Shown here: piece by piece, positions 22,625 to 34,348 of the stretch
How the letters are laid out: the number at the start of each line of letters is the position of its first letter
How positions within the stretch are numbered: the first letter of the stretch is position 1
The notes under the pieces: model-generated
Told to the model about the DNA's origin: nothing
The model's input: the letters and a program-made list of their open reading frames with translations, nothing else
The model's database searches: none
Translations under genes and position numbers: made by a program
Source: Massalongia carnosa
Taxonomy: Eukaryota
DNA: 64,000 nucleotides
Direction of reading: 5' to 3'
Assembly: GCA_965645245.1 (NCBI GenBank)
Contig: OZ287077.1
Location: 558,001 to 622,000 of the forward strand

Positions 22625-23956
22625 ATGATGATCGATCAATTGATCAATCGATCTTCGCCGCTCTTTCTCTGGCGTCTATAGCTAGCGGCGCAATTATCCG
22701 TCGGTATGATCTGGCTTTTCAAAGCATTCCTGCCACAGCCAAGCCGGATAACATGTTCAACTGTGGGACCTTCCTTTTGGCTTCCATGATAGATGTCATC
22801 GCCGAGATCCCTTCGGCAGTCTATGGCGCACGATCCATAGACCTCCCATTTGGTCGCCTTTACCACGGAAACATGAAGTTCTTTGGCAAAGGGCGATTGA
22901 ACACTCCTGATGGAATCCAGGATGTATATAAGCCGGGCGTGAACGACTTTGCCTATCAAAGCGCCTGCGGTATCCCTGATAATGCCTTCTTCATGAGCAA
23001 AGTGGCTATTCATCCATATTTCCTCAAATATGCCGATTTGAGTCGTAAGTTGTTTCCTGCTCGGGAGGAGTAAAGTCCTGCTCACTTGTGTCATCGGATA
23101 TTGCAAGCAAGACGTGTGTATCTCATTCTGGAAGGACGATGGCAAACAAGACATGATCCTCTAGGTCACCGATATATGTAGCGCCGCTCCCAACGACCCA
23201 ACCCACTGCGCGATCCCAGCCAACATCATGATTAACAAATCCAAAGCCCAAATCATAAAAAGCATAACTCAAAATCCTCTATCGTCTTACCCCTAATCAG
23301 CCGAGGACCAATTCCCGGAAAAGGTGTGGTTCGTGAAATGCTGTGCCGATGTATGCAATTTCTCCTCCCTCCCTGTACCCATAACAACCGCCTCAATCCC
23401 AACCTGACCACGTCCACAAAACAGGCTCTCCCCGAGCCCGCCTACCAAGGTGCCACAAACAACCGGTTCGCCACCCCGCGCCTCTTACAACCTTGAATGG
23501 GCCCAAAGGACCGCGCTGCAGCAATACCAGAATAACCAAATCGCCCACGCCACCAAGGGATGGCCCACCTACCCGCAAGGCGCCTACGATTCTCGCAGCG
23601 ACGACATCACGTCGCCCTCAATCACCGATTGGGTGCCGGACCAAGAACTCGCCTGGGAACTTATTGCTGGCGGTAAGAGGTGGGGCAATCCGTCCAGCGG
23701 TGGAGGAAGCGATGCTAGCGCCCTTCCCCGAAGCCAGCCGTGCCCGTCGCTGCGCTTTCTTCTTCATCTTGTTCTCCGACTTCTTCTTCCCAACCCAGGA
23801 ACACTCCGCTGGCCGAGTCTGCAACCCTATCCACCTCTCCATCGACGTCTTCAAACCCTCAATCCATACCCCCTTCACCACGACTACCAAAAACACCAAG
23901 AACCACCCCACCAAGCACAGCAGAAGGCCACGCTCAATCCATGCACGCGTTCGTAG
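22625..23956 (+). pseudogene. Degraded secreted expansin/RlpA-like (DPBB) protein gene
   Basis: The signal peptide is out of frame with ATG 22625 because of an 8-bp duplication. Motifs QSACGIPD..VAIHPYFL, C..DVCISFW and VTDIC. In-frame TAG at 23162..23164, a later TAA and frameshifts. The 3' limit is uncertain. Confidence 0.6.
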
Positions 23957-24712
23957 CTCCCTTCCCCGTCCCACCCCCCCAAGCACCCAATAAAGCCGTG
24001 CACCACTCGTCCGAGATCCAAGTGCAAGACTGCCCTCCCCTACCGCACCTCTCCTCCACTCTAGCCCCTTCTCACAAACATCACAGCACGCTCGCGTAAG
24101 TCTTCGTCCTGTTAGATAATCTTACGTTCGGTTCTCTCCTCTCACTTTCCTGTCTCTGCGAAACCCCCTCTTCGCCGCTTCTCGAAGCAACTACCGAGAA
24201 GGAAGGGTGCTGACAAAGTGTGGTATCTCGGGTAGATCACCCTATCGCTCCCTCCGCCACTACTGGCGCTAGGGGATCAGTAGCATTAGCACCACCAGCG
24301 CAAGCAACAGCGTCACTCACCCCACTCATACCAAACCAGTGCTCCGGCCCCGGAGGAAGAGAAAGGTGACGATACATGTGAGGCGTAATCGGGAGGGTGG
24401 GGAATGTAGTTCGGTTGGCGGGAGGGGAGGGGCGGACGATAGGGTTTTATGTATGGTCGTTATGGTGGGTTTGGATGGATGGACGGATAGAGTCAGTTTG
24501 GAATTAGGAGCAGATTTGGCCCGGGGAGGGGGAAGTGGAATGAGGCTGTCCGTAGGCAGTATGTTCTTGATGCTATACTATGCCATGATACATCGCCTCC
24601 ATCGCGTCAAGCGGGTATGGAATAGGTGATGAGCACGGAACTTTGCATCCGCCCGCTTCAGAAGAAGGAAGTTTGTTGCACGTGTTGCACATGTTCATCC
24701 CCACCCCCCCTT

Positions 24713-25805
24713 TCATCCCTCTCCACCGCATAAATCCTCCAGCAAGCCCAACATGCGGAGCTGCAACGCCTTCAGTTCCCGCTCGTCGACCGTCCCCTCC
24801 CGTGCCTCCCCCGCCGGCACACCCACACTCTGCTCCCGCTCCCGCTCCCGCTCCCCCTCCTCAGCACCATCCGCGCCCCTGCTGCTACCGCGGCGCGAAA
24901 CCAGCTCCACCCTGGTGCTAAAAAATGGAACGTCCAAGCGGGCGAGCTCGGCCGTGGTAGCGGCGTGCATTTCCGCGCAGGCGCGGAGCACTTTCCGGTC
25001 GTAGAGCTGGAGCTCCGAAATATCGGTGGCTGGGGACTGTTCGGTGAGCGGGGGTTTTTTTAAGGGTGTTGGGGGGGGGGGGGGGTTAGTTTGTTGGAGA
25101 GGGCTGTGGATTGAAGGAAAAAGGAAAGAGGGGTGAGAGTTGGCACTTACCGAGTCATGGCTTAGGGGGTTTACGAGACCGCCGACGGATGCCCTGGAGC
25201 GGATGGGGAATCAGGGGTAAGCTACCAAGAAAGAAAAAAAACACCAAAATTTGCGATTTCTCATGCTGGAAGTTTTCGAAGATATTCCGTTTGCTTTAGC
25301 TGTGATGATGGGGGGGGGGAATAAAAACTTACAAGACATCGTCTAGCCGCTTCCGACCCTCCTCCCTCCCGCGCTGTTTCTGCAGCAGGGCTTCCCGGCC
25401 GGTCCACCACTGGCGCTCGTGCTCGTGCTGCGTGCGGACGAGATGGCGGATGCGGTGCGCGGCGGTCGGGTTCGGGAGGAGGGTTTTCATCACGTGGCGG
25501 AGGGCGGGGGGCCAGGTGGTTATGGAGGAGGAGTTAGGTGCTGGTGCTGGTGCTGGTGCTGGTGGAGGGGGGAGGGAAGGGGATGGGGATGGGGATGGAG
25601 GTTGAGGGTGGGAAAGAGGGAGGATTAGGGTTGAGGGGTCATATTCTTCTTCGTCTTCTTCTTCTTCTTCCTCCGCTTGGGAAGGTTCTTGTTGTGGTGA
25701 GGGCGGGGGTAGAGCCGGGTAGTGGGGAGTGGGCTGGCTGTAGCTTGCGAGGGTGCGCAGGACCGAGGCCAGATCGGGGGTTGAGGTGTGGTTGTTGAAC
25801 GACAT
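24713..25805 (-). CDS. DUF2458-family protein, 3 exons
   Basis: PDLASVLRTL, ITTWPPALRHVMK, QHEHERQWWTGREALL and ELQLYDRKV...LDVPFF. Exons 25805..25333, 25193..25151 and 25036..24713. Confidence 0.85.
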
Positions 25806-26339
25806 GGTTTCTGTATTGTATGGTACCTTGTGCTTCTTGGTGCTGGTGGTGTTGGTGGTGGTGGCAAAGCAATGGATTGGATTTTTAAATTTACATGAAA
25901 CAGTACCACCGATTTCAATCGTTTCAAATTGATTACGCAATGTCACGTCAGTCAGTCATAACATAACAACTGTGCGCACGTCTTGGAGCTGAAAATCACC
26001 AATCTACAAAATCACCAACATGTACTGCAAAATCGAGATCAAATTTCATCGCAGAATCATTGATGCCTAATCATTGATGCCTGACTTTTAGCAGATAACT
26101 AAAGCGGTTCGGAAGCTCCGAATAGGCGGATATGTACTTGAACGATGAAGCATCATTGAACTCAGATAACTTCATGCCTAACTTGGCATAAAATTGCCCT
26201 GAAAAAACCCGGCATCTGCGAGTTGGCAGGGATAGCCAAGGGGCCAGTGTTCACCCCTTTTTGCACCCAGCGCTAAAACTAAAAATATTAGCTAAAAAAG
26301 CAATTCTTGGTAATCGTGCCAAAACACTAAACCCCAACC

Positions 26340-27138
26340 GAGTCGCCCCATCACCCTACTGACGCATTCAGCCTACTGACGCACTTTTCCCATTTTTACT
26401 ACCATTTCCACCACGTCGTTCATCCACCACCACCATGACTAATTCATATTCTAATAAGGAGGATCGAATTTTTGACGCTATAAACACGTGGGACACGGGT
26501 GAATTTCGAAGTATACGCGCAGCAGCCATTGATTTTGACGTGGACGTTCGTACTCTTCAAAGACGACTTGCTGGAGGAGGTTCGCGCATTGGCCGAACTC
26601 CCCCCAACAAGGCGTTATCTGATGAACAGGAAATGGCTATTTGTGATTACATTCGAATGCTCGATCAAGCTGAACAATCAGCCAGATTTCCAATGGTTCG
26701 TGGAGCTGCCAATTATCTACTTCGAGAAGTCCATTTAGACGCCTTCACTCCCCCCCCTATCGTCAGCAATTCTTGGACCAAACGTTTCCTCAATCGCAAT
26801 CCTCAGTTCTTCAAACGAAAACAAAACCTTTGGTGGCCGAGCGAAAACACGCGCACAATGCAAAGGACATACGTGAATATTTCGAGGCATATCGGGCTGC
26901 GAGCGAGGCGCGGGGAATAGTGGACGAGGATGTTTGGAACATGGATGAAACGAGCTTTCGAATTGGCTGTGGCAGGGCTCATTGGGTGGTGTCAAGTCAT
27001 TCCAGAAAGCCTCTGTTGTTGACAGACCCAGACAACAGAGAATACGTCACCTCCTGTGAGTGTATTAGTGCTGGTGGTCGAAACATTCCCCCAATGGTGA
27101 TTATCGCGGGGGTTTTGATTCTCGAAAAATGGGTCTAG
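26340..27138 (+). mobile_element. Truncated pogo/Fot1-like DNA transposon (HTH + CENP-B HTH + start of DDE_1)
   Basis: ORFs 26435..26920 and 26773..27138 are joined by a 1-bp frameshift near 26825. Motifs SIRAAAIDFDV, LSDEQE, WTKRFLNRNP and WNMDETSFRIG. Subterminal repeat CCTACTGACGCA x2 (26355, 26372). No right end is visible. Confidence 0.85.
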
Positions 27139-27652
27139 TCAACCTATCTTTTAGCAGATGTTTATCATCTCGATTGTTTTTTAGCCGACATGATGGCATT
27201 TTTCTCGCTTCCTCACGTCCCAGCGCGTACTCCATGTAGAGTACAATTTACGCCTTTTAAAAACTTTCCGCGTAAACGATTGTCCTTGGTCTCCATTTCA
27301 CTCAATCAAAAACGAGCTTCACCCAAGCTTTATACGATATTTAAAACGCATTTGGCGCTCATGACGAGTTATAATAGCCTCTTGCATTTACCATTTTGCA
27401 GCAGATTTCCAGTTGACTGTGGAGATCGATTGATACAACGGCAGTCTCAGCCTGATCAGGGTCTGGTGTTGAGGCACAGTTAAATACCTAATAGTCCCGC
27501 AGTCCCTGATACGCACTCTTCAAGTTCCAATGAAAAGTTCCTGATGATAAACTGTTTCATGTTGATTCTGATTCATAGTCCATTCCTTAGCCGCCTTTTA
27601 TTCGTCTCTAAGTCTTACTGTCGCCGACAACTTCACGAAACCCACCGCGATC

Positions 27653-28496
27653 ATGAGTAACAGCACCACTTGCTACAAGGGAGACGGTACGATATCGGGC
27701 GACATTCCTTGTGGCTTCTCCTCCCTCTCTCAATGCTGCGGCGAGGGTTGGGACTGCTTATCCAACGGGCTTTGTCAAGAGCAAGGAACCACTGCTTACT
27801 CACAAGGTACTTGCACAGACCCAAGTTTTCGAAATTGCCTGGCATTCTGCAATCAAGGTGTGTAGACTTCTCCTCTCCATAAGCACTCTCATGGCTTCCG
27901 AGCTTATGATTAATGTCTTAAAAGGTCAATTCCAAGGATTCACCGAAGTGAGTCGTTGTGAACCAAATAGTAATAGCTGGTGCTGCGCTGGTGCCCCAGG
28001 ACAAGGTTTGGGTGGTCCGGATTGCTGCGCGACCCATTTAACTACCTCGCTTGAGCCATACCCAGCCTCCGCGATCGTTAGACCGAGGAAATCAGGGACG
28101 GTTGTCACCTCATTACTGTCGACTGTGACGCTCACGACTACCTCCATTTCTTCTTTCAGTCCCACCAGTTCCCTGGCGTCAACAACATCACAAAGTTCTG
28201 TCTTAGCGCCTACAAGCTCAGCATCATCGCAGCCTCCAATCCCAAAGCACAATTCGACGACAGGAATAAAAATCGGTGTGCCGATAGCCGTCATCATCGT
28301 CCTTCTCGCAGGTCTTGTATTATTTCGTTTTCGGGAGGATCGAATACGGAAGCAGAGTCTCATTGGTTTGCAGCATGAACATCCGCTATCGCTCAGACCT
28401 GAAGTGCAAGAGCTTGAGGACATTCAGGTTTGGGAGCTTGATGTTACTCATTATGAGTTATCTCAACCGAACGCGCCACGACATGAATTGAATTAG
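27653..28496 (+). CDS. Cys-rich, Ser/Thr-rich single-pass membrane protein (Mid2-like architecture), 2 exons
   Basis: Intron 27858..27924 joins CYKGDG..CC..CLSNGLC..GTCTDP to SWCCAG, followed by an S/T stalk and TM segment GIKIGVPIAVIIVLLAGLVLF. Confidence 0.8.
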
Positions 28497-28878
28497 TTCT
28501 TTACGACGAAATTTGTTTTCTATATCAAGAAGTCAAATTAACATTTTCGTAAACCGGATCGTTAACATGGGCCACGAGTCTTCTCCTCTTGATCGGTGTC
28601 AAGGGGTTTATAACATTTCAATTATCTGCAAAGTAACGAATCTGGAAGCTGGTCTTCGAGATAGATCGAATGATCAGGTATCGAGAAGGTGCTTGCTCGA
28701 TTGAGAAGAGATAAAACCGCATCACTCAAGACTTTTGAAGGGATTTTAATGCACATAACCAGTAACTTATACCAGTTGTAATGGTTCAGAAATATCATCA
28801 TAATGTGAATGGATAAAGTCATGTTCTATCGCGGTTATATACATTTTCTAGATGTTTTCCTTGGACCTCCCATCGATT

Positions 28879-29125
28879 TTGCCTCAGTACCTCAGACGTG
28901 CGTGGCTCTATGAGCCGGCTAAGCCCCTCCGGGTTAGCCTATTTTCGCTAAGCCCCTTCGGGTTAGCGTCGCTAATTCCCTTCGGGTTAGCGGCCCTTTA
29001 GCTGACTACGCATGCTACGGGCGGCACCGCAGCGACGCTAACCCGAAGGGGCTTAGCGAAAATAGGCTAACCCGGAGGGGCTTAGCCGGCTCATTGAGCC
29101 ACGCACGTCTGAGGTACTGAGGCAA
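28879..29125. mobile_element. MITE, 247 bp, same family as 18510..19192; 95-bp TIRs; 7-bp TSD ATCGATT
   Basis: 28879..28973 is the reverse complement of 29031..29125 with one mismatch. ATCGATT at 28872..28878 and 29126..29132. Confidence 0.92.
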
Positions 29126-29389
29126 ATCGATTGTCAGGTGACAGGTGTGATGACTGTGCAGGCGAGGATTAGTATAGCCTGCTACCATATAAATAAGCAC
29201 TGGTTAAAAAATAGCCATTTGCTTACTAAGCATCAAAATTTCACCTACGCCTTCATTAATTATTCAGCTCAATTTCTTCACTTTTCTGCCCTACCACACT
29301 TGCGCCCGCGTTCAATCTCAGCCCTATCGGTCGCACGCGCAGAACACCTCCAATACACAGTCACTCTCCCCCTTATCAAATATTTACCA

Positions 29390-31904
29390 ATGGCTACCGT
29401 CGAACAAGTTCAGCGTAATCTGGACAATGACACCGCCAATTTTCGTGCACAGCACTCTGCCCTGGCCTTGACGCAAATTAGCAGGCCCAAAAACACCAAT
29501 CGCGCGTATACTCGGGTGGTCAAGGAATGGAAGGTAACCCCCCTTTTAAAATTCACTCTTATTAGGCTATGTGGATTTTTTTAATTGACTAATTGAGGCA
29601 CAGATTTTCTGCGAAGAGCATCACTATGATGATGGAGAAATTGTACATGAAGCCAAAGTGGTGCGATTTTTTCAGGACAGGGTCATGAACCGGGCAAAGA
29701 AAAATCGCAAAGCTCAAGCCCTCGACTCTGACTCGGACAAGGATCAGGACTCTCAAACTCTCAAATACAATTCAATAAGGGGATACAAGACTGCGCTGAT
29801 AGATCTGTGGTCCTATCAAGTTTCCCGAGGCCAGCACAATCGTCCTCATCCCAATGGCAATGCGCTGAAGTCTCTTATGAAGGATTCTTCGCGAAATCAG
29901 CATATCAAGAAGAAGCTGGCCTTCGAGGATCGAGGTCGAGGAACGGTAGCAGATGGCTATGATGAAAAGGCCCTCCGGGAAATATTGGAGGAGTTTTGGA
30001 AGCAGTCTCACTCCTTCAAGGCCTCCATTCTCGGAGGTAACCTACGAGGACGTCTAGATTATCTTATGGGACACCTTCTTCTTGCTCGGGGTGAGTCTCG
30101 TCGCTTTGCTGAGCTTCCTGATTTACAGCTACTCATGTTTGACAACGAGGGTCCCTCGCCCTGCCCGGCATTGCTTTACCTCATGGGCAATGGTAAAACC
30201 AATCAGAATGGGCGCATCGAGTACAATGGGATGCTGAGGCACAAGGACCTTTCGCTTTGTGGTATGAGTGCATTATCGGTGTATTTTTTCTGGCGTTGAG
30301 AGCAATCGGGTGAACCTTTTCCGAATTTTGGAAGCAATAAGGACTGGTATAATACATGAGTCCTGATCGGTGAGTTTTGGAGATTTCTTTCATTTTATCA
30401 CTGTTTTGACGACGTTTCTCACAGTTTTTCTTTTTGTTCAATCCATTTCACTAAATTGCTCTCAATTCGTCTATCTGCTTTCGAAGTTTTCCGCTTTCCC
30501 CCCCTTTTTTGAATAAAATATCGTTTTTTCTCTGAATCTGCCTTCATTTTATTGTATTGTTTTTCTCAGTTCGGCGAAATAATTCAGTGATATGATGCGA
30601 CTGACGATTCTTGTTTAATAGCCTTTCCTAAAGACGTCTGCAAAGAAATCTCTGATTCCACCCAGCGCAAATGGATTCACAGCGTGTACAGTCCCCTCGG
30701 CCTCACCTATAGCAAGGTCACTCATGCTGGGCGAGGTTCTGGAACAAAGTATGCCGAGCTGAAAGGCATTCAGGAGGATCAGATACGTCGTGCAGCTCAT
30801 TGGACTACCGACTCCATGCACAAGGGCTATCTTACGTCCCTGCCTAGAGAATTCATGCGAGGCATGGCTGGATTCGATCCAAAGCATCCTGGAACCTATC
30901 ATATCGCTCGAGCAGCAGTCACGCCATCTTCAGAGCTTTTGTCTTCTTTCTGGCCTTCTCTAGACAAGTGGTTGAAGCATTCTTTCGATGATATAGCCAC
31001 TATTCAGTTCGTAAGGCTATTAGACTATCTTCGTGTGGTATTTCTGCGGGACTCCGTGCTTCTTCGACAGAAATATCCTCAGCATTCTTTGTGAAATCAT
31101 CGCTTGTTTTCTCTGCCGGAGTATGACGTTTTTGCTGCGGATGTTTTGGCTCATCTGGACGAGAAGGAGATGGATCAAAACAGTTTGATTCGTACTGCCT
31201 TGCCTCACTTGGGTCAGCAGGTGGTTGATTTGCATGTGGGCCTCACCAGTTTGATGAACGCTGGATTCTTGAAACAAAGGGAGCTGTTCAGTCTGATGGA
31301 GGGCAAATTGGATGATTTTCTAACAGGCAAGGTCACATTCACCTTGACCCCCTCCAAGATTTGTCAATTGCCTCGAGCTACGTCACCGATTCCACTAAAT
31401 ACGCTCGATCCATTGCTTCACCCCCCTGCGGCCACCACCTCATTCTCCTCGAGCCCCTCCGCTCACGATCTTCCTACTCCTCGCTCTCATCGCCCCCGCT
31501 CTCGTCGCTCTCGGCCTCATAGTCTCACCCGCTCGCCCTCGCCATCCGAGCATGCGCTTGCTTTCTTCGACGCTGACGTCTCTGTCGAACTTCCGGCCTC
31601 GTCTTCTTATTTTTTGAATCGACAGGTCTGTTCAGTGGTGGATTTGTGGAGGGAGTGGACTGTTGGTTTAGGCACCGGGCCAGCTATGGGAAAGTTAAAC
31701 TCCAGCTATGGTTCCGGCTGGAGACGAGGATGGCCTGATAAAGAGCGACAGTATTACTCCCAAAGACTTACCATCATCGAGTATCTCACTCGCCAGGCTA
31801 GGGCAGGTTCACGTGAAGAGATGGCAAAGCAGCTGGATAGCGAGCGAGAAGTACTATAGTTGAACGAGCTGGCCAACGAGATCAAGAAGGGCAAGCGAGG
31901 GTGA
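29390..31904 (+). mobile_element. Crypton (CryptonF-type) tyrosine recombinase with NDC10-II-like and GCR1_C domains; disrupted by nonsense codons
   Basis: RPKNTNRAY, EDRGRGT..DGY, LLARGES, GKTNQNGR, KVTHAGRGSG, HW..SM...YL, and a GCR1_C-like SVVDLWREWTVG. Introns at 29534..29603 and 30370..30621. In-frame stops at 30297, 30357, 31092 and 31857. Confidence 0.88.
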
Positions 31905-32405
31905 CGAGAATCGGAATGATGAAGGAAAGGGTAGATGAAAGATTTTTTGTGCATTTTTGGAGTTTGTTTGAGGTTTTCGTTGAACCATTTGCTTTTCGTA
32001 TTTTCCCGCACTTTTTGGAGGTGATGGGGATTTTTACAGCAGTTTTTCCAGTGTTTACACCGTCTTTTTCGATAAGAAATGGAGTACGAAGGTTGAATTT
32101 TGGACACGTTTGGAGTTGAATTGCTAGGTTAATTTATTTATTCCACATCCATACTGCATTCTAAAGACAGTGCAGTCATTTACGTGCAATCATCATGATA
32201 AATAATCTTCAATTCTTTCAAGTAATTAATTTACCGAGTTCAGTGTAAAAGATTTGTCGCAAAAGCAGTCACGTCGACCTTTTTCAACCTCGAAGCGATG
32301 ACGTTTCGCATCGAGAGCAATTGAGAGGCACATGCGTAAATAGCCTGCATCTAGGCCTTCATTGTCATGTTTTCGTGCTTGTCCCAGCCGCTTTCTCGGA
32401 TATGG

Positions 32406-32473
32406 GGGTGGTTGGAGGAGGTGGTTGGAGGTGGTTGGAGGTGGTTGGAGGTGGTGGAGGTGGTTGGAGGTGG
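32406..32473. repeat. Tandem decamer (GGAGGTGGTT)n, about 6-7 copies
   Basis: Seen directly, downstream of the Crypton ORF. Confidence 0.85.
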
Positions 32474-34348
32474 ATTTTGAACGTTGGTGGTTGAGAAATC
32501 GACAAAGTTCGGGGACGGAAAAACTTTATTTGAGCCACCGCCCCATACTAATTTGGGTGGGGCCACGCTTCGATTGGTGGTAACGTATTAGCCACCCATT
32601 CGGGCCAGCCACCCATTCGGGCCAGCCACCCAATCGGGCCACCCCTCAAAATCTAGTAGCCGAATATTAATCTTTTCCTTCCAATCCACCACCATCACTC
32701 CTTTATCGATAAACTATATATAAAATGCCTAAAAACATACCCGTACATGACTCTGCTACTAGATTACACTTGGCTATTGAAGAAATACGCAAAAACCCGG
32801 GCATTTCGCCACGGGAGATAGCGCGCATTTACAGAGTTCCCTGATCGACCTTACAGGCCAGTTTTCGAGGCAGACGTGACGCAAAAACCTCCCATGAGGC
32901 CACTCAAAGACTATCAATAGAAGAAGAACAGGGCTTGATCACGTGGATAGATCGGATGACTGCATGGGGCTGGCCACCTATTATTCAACACCTTGAGGGC
33001 ATGACCAAAAGTCTGCTGGAAGCAAAAGGGGACTCAAAACCCCTAGGACATCATTGGTATAAAACTATCATGAATACGAAGGATGACGCTGAAAGTCCTT
33101 GCTAACGCTAAATATGCAGCTAAAAAAGCCACTTTACATGGGTATATTTGCATGGATAGATATTTATTACATATCAATCAATCGAATAATCGCATGAAGC
33201 TATTTAGAGTTACCACCTCTATCATCTTTATCACTCACATTCATCGCTGTCAGTGCTTTCTTTGAGATGAGCGCGATGATATCGAAAACGGCGATCTTCT
33301 TTATTATACGGTCGTACGACTCCGATCTCTCTACCTTCTCTATACTCGTTACCTCCGTCCAACAATATCACCTCGTCAACATGTCGCTTTATACGTTCAA
33401 TCCAGGACTGAATTCTTTTCTGCGTCAACTCCTCCGTCCAGCACTTTGTCCAGGCCTTTTCAGCCTCAATACGAGTCCGCGGAGCACCTAATCGAGTGGT
33501 TCTTCGCTTCATCCAGAACCAACAAGGCTCGATCATGTTCAGATCAGGAGAATTTCCAGGCCATAACAGACGCATGACGTTGAAATCCATAAAGATCAGA
33601 TTTTGATGTTTGGATGCGTGACTGGGGGCCTTGTCTTCCTGTACGATAGTGTTTGGTCGATCTATCATACATTCTTTTGCAAACGGAAGAAGCTTAGGAA
33701 TTAAGACGAGTTTTTGATAACGATACCAGTCCACGCCTCCCTTGCCATCTCGAACGACTTTACCGTGTGTTTTATCCCATTTCCAGATAGGTTTTCGACC
33801 TCCTGGATTACGTAGCTTCATTCGTCTCATGCTGGTTTCTAACTCCCAATTCTCTTTAGCTTCTGATTCTAAAGTCTCATTGAGTTTATCTAACTCAATT
33901 TGAGCCTCTCTTTTCTCTTTTGCAGTCTCTGTTTTCCAGATATGAAAAGGTCCTTTCTTATCGTACGAAAAACATCCCCAAAACAAAAACTCGGAGCATC
34001 CTTTCCATCTACGTCGAATACAAGTTTTAGCATACATTTCTTTCGAGGTACGCCACTGAAGTCTTCTTCCACGTCTAGAACCCAATATAATGCTTGTTTC
34101 GTCAGTCCATATAACGTTCTTCCAATCATCAATAGTCCAGTGCTGATATCGCAAACAATTGCAGACGAGCCTCTTTCATGATCGAATCTAGACCTGGCTT
34201 TTTCGTGCTTTTACAGGGGCGAAACCCATTCTGTTTAAGCGTACGAAGTATAGAGTGGAGGAGAGTTTATGATCAAAGCCAATCATAGCTGATGATTTTT
34301 CTCTGCTATTTCGATCTTGCACTACATTATTCAATATAGCTTGCTCTA

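Noticed and set aside
26055..26082. 14-bp tandem duplication AATCATTGATGCCT x2 as a TE footprint
   Set aside because: There is no associated element or other support. Simple slippage suffices.
28918..29086. CRISPR-like or bacterial REP array (repeated palindromic units)
   Set aside because: The units are arranged as inverted arms of a TSD-flanked element in a eukaryotic genome, with very short spacers and no cas or RAYT gene.
30297..31094. UGA-as-Trp recoding or A-to-I stop correction in the Crypton and other pseudogenes
   Set aside because: Neighbouring nuclear genes use TGA as a stop. The stops are mixed (TGA, TAA, TAG), several fall at non-Trp positions, and other pseudogenes also have frameshifts. 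Ordinary decay is simpler.
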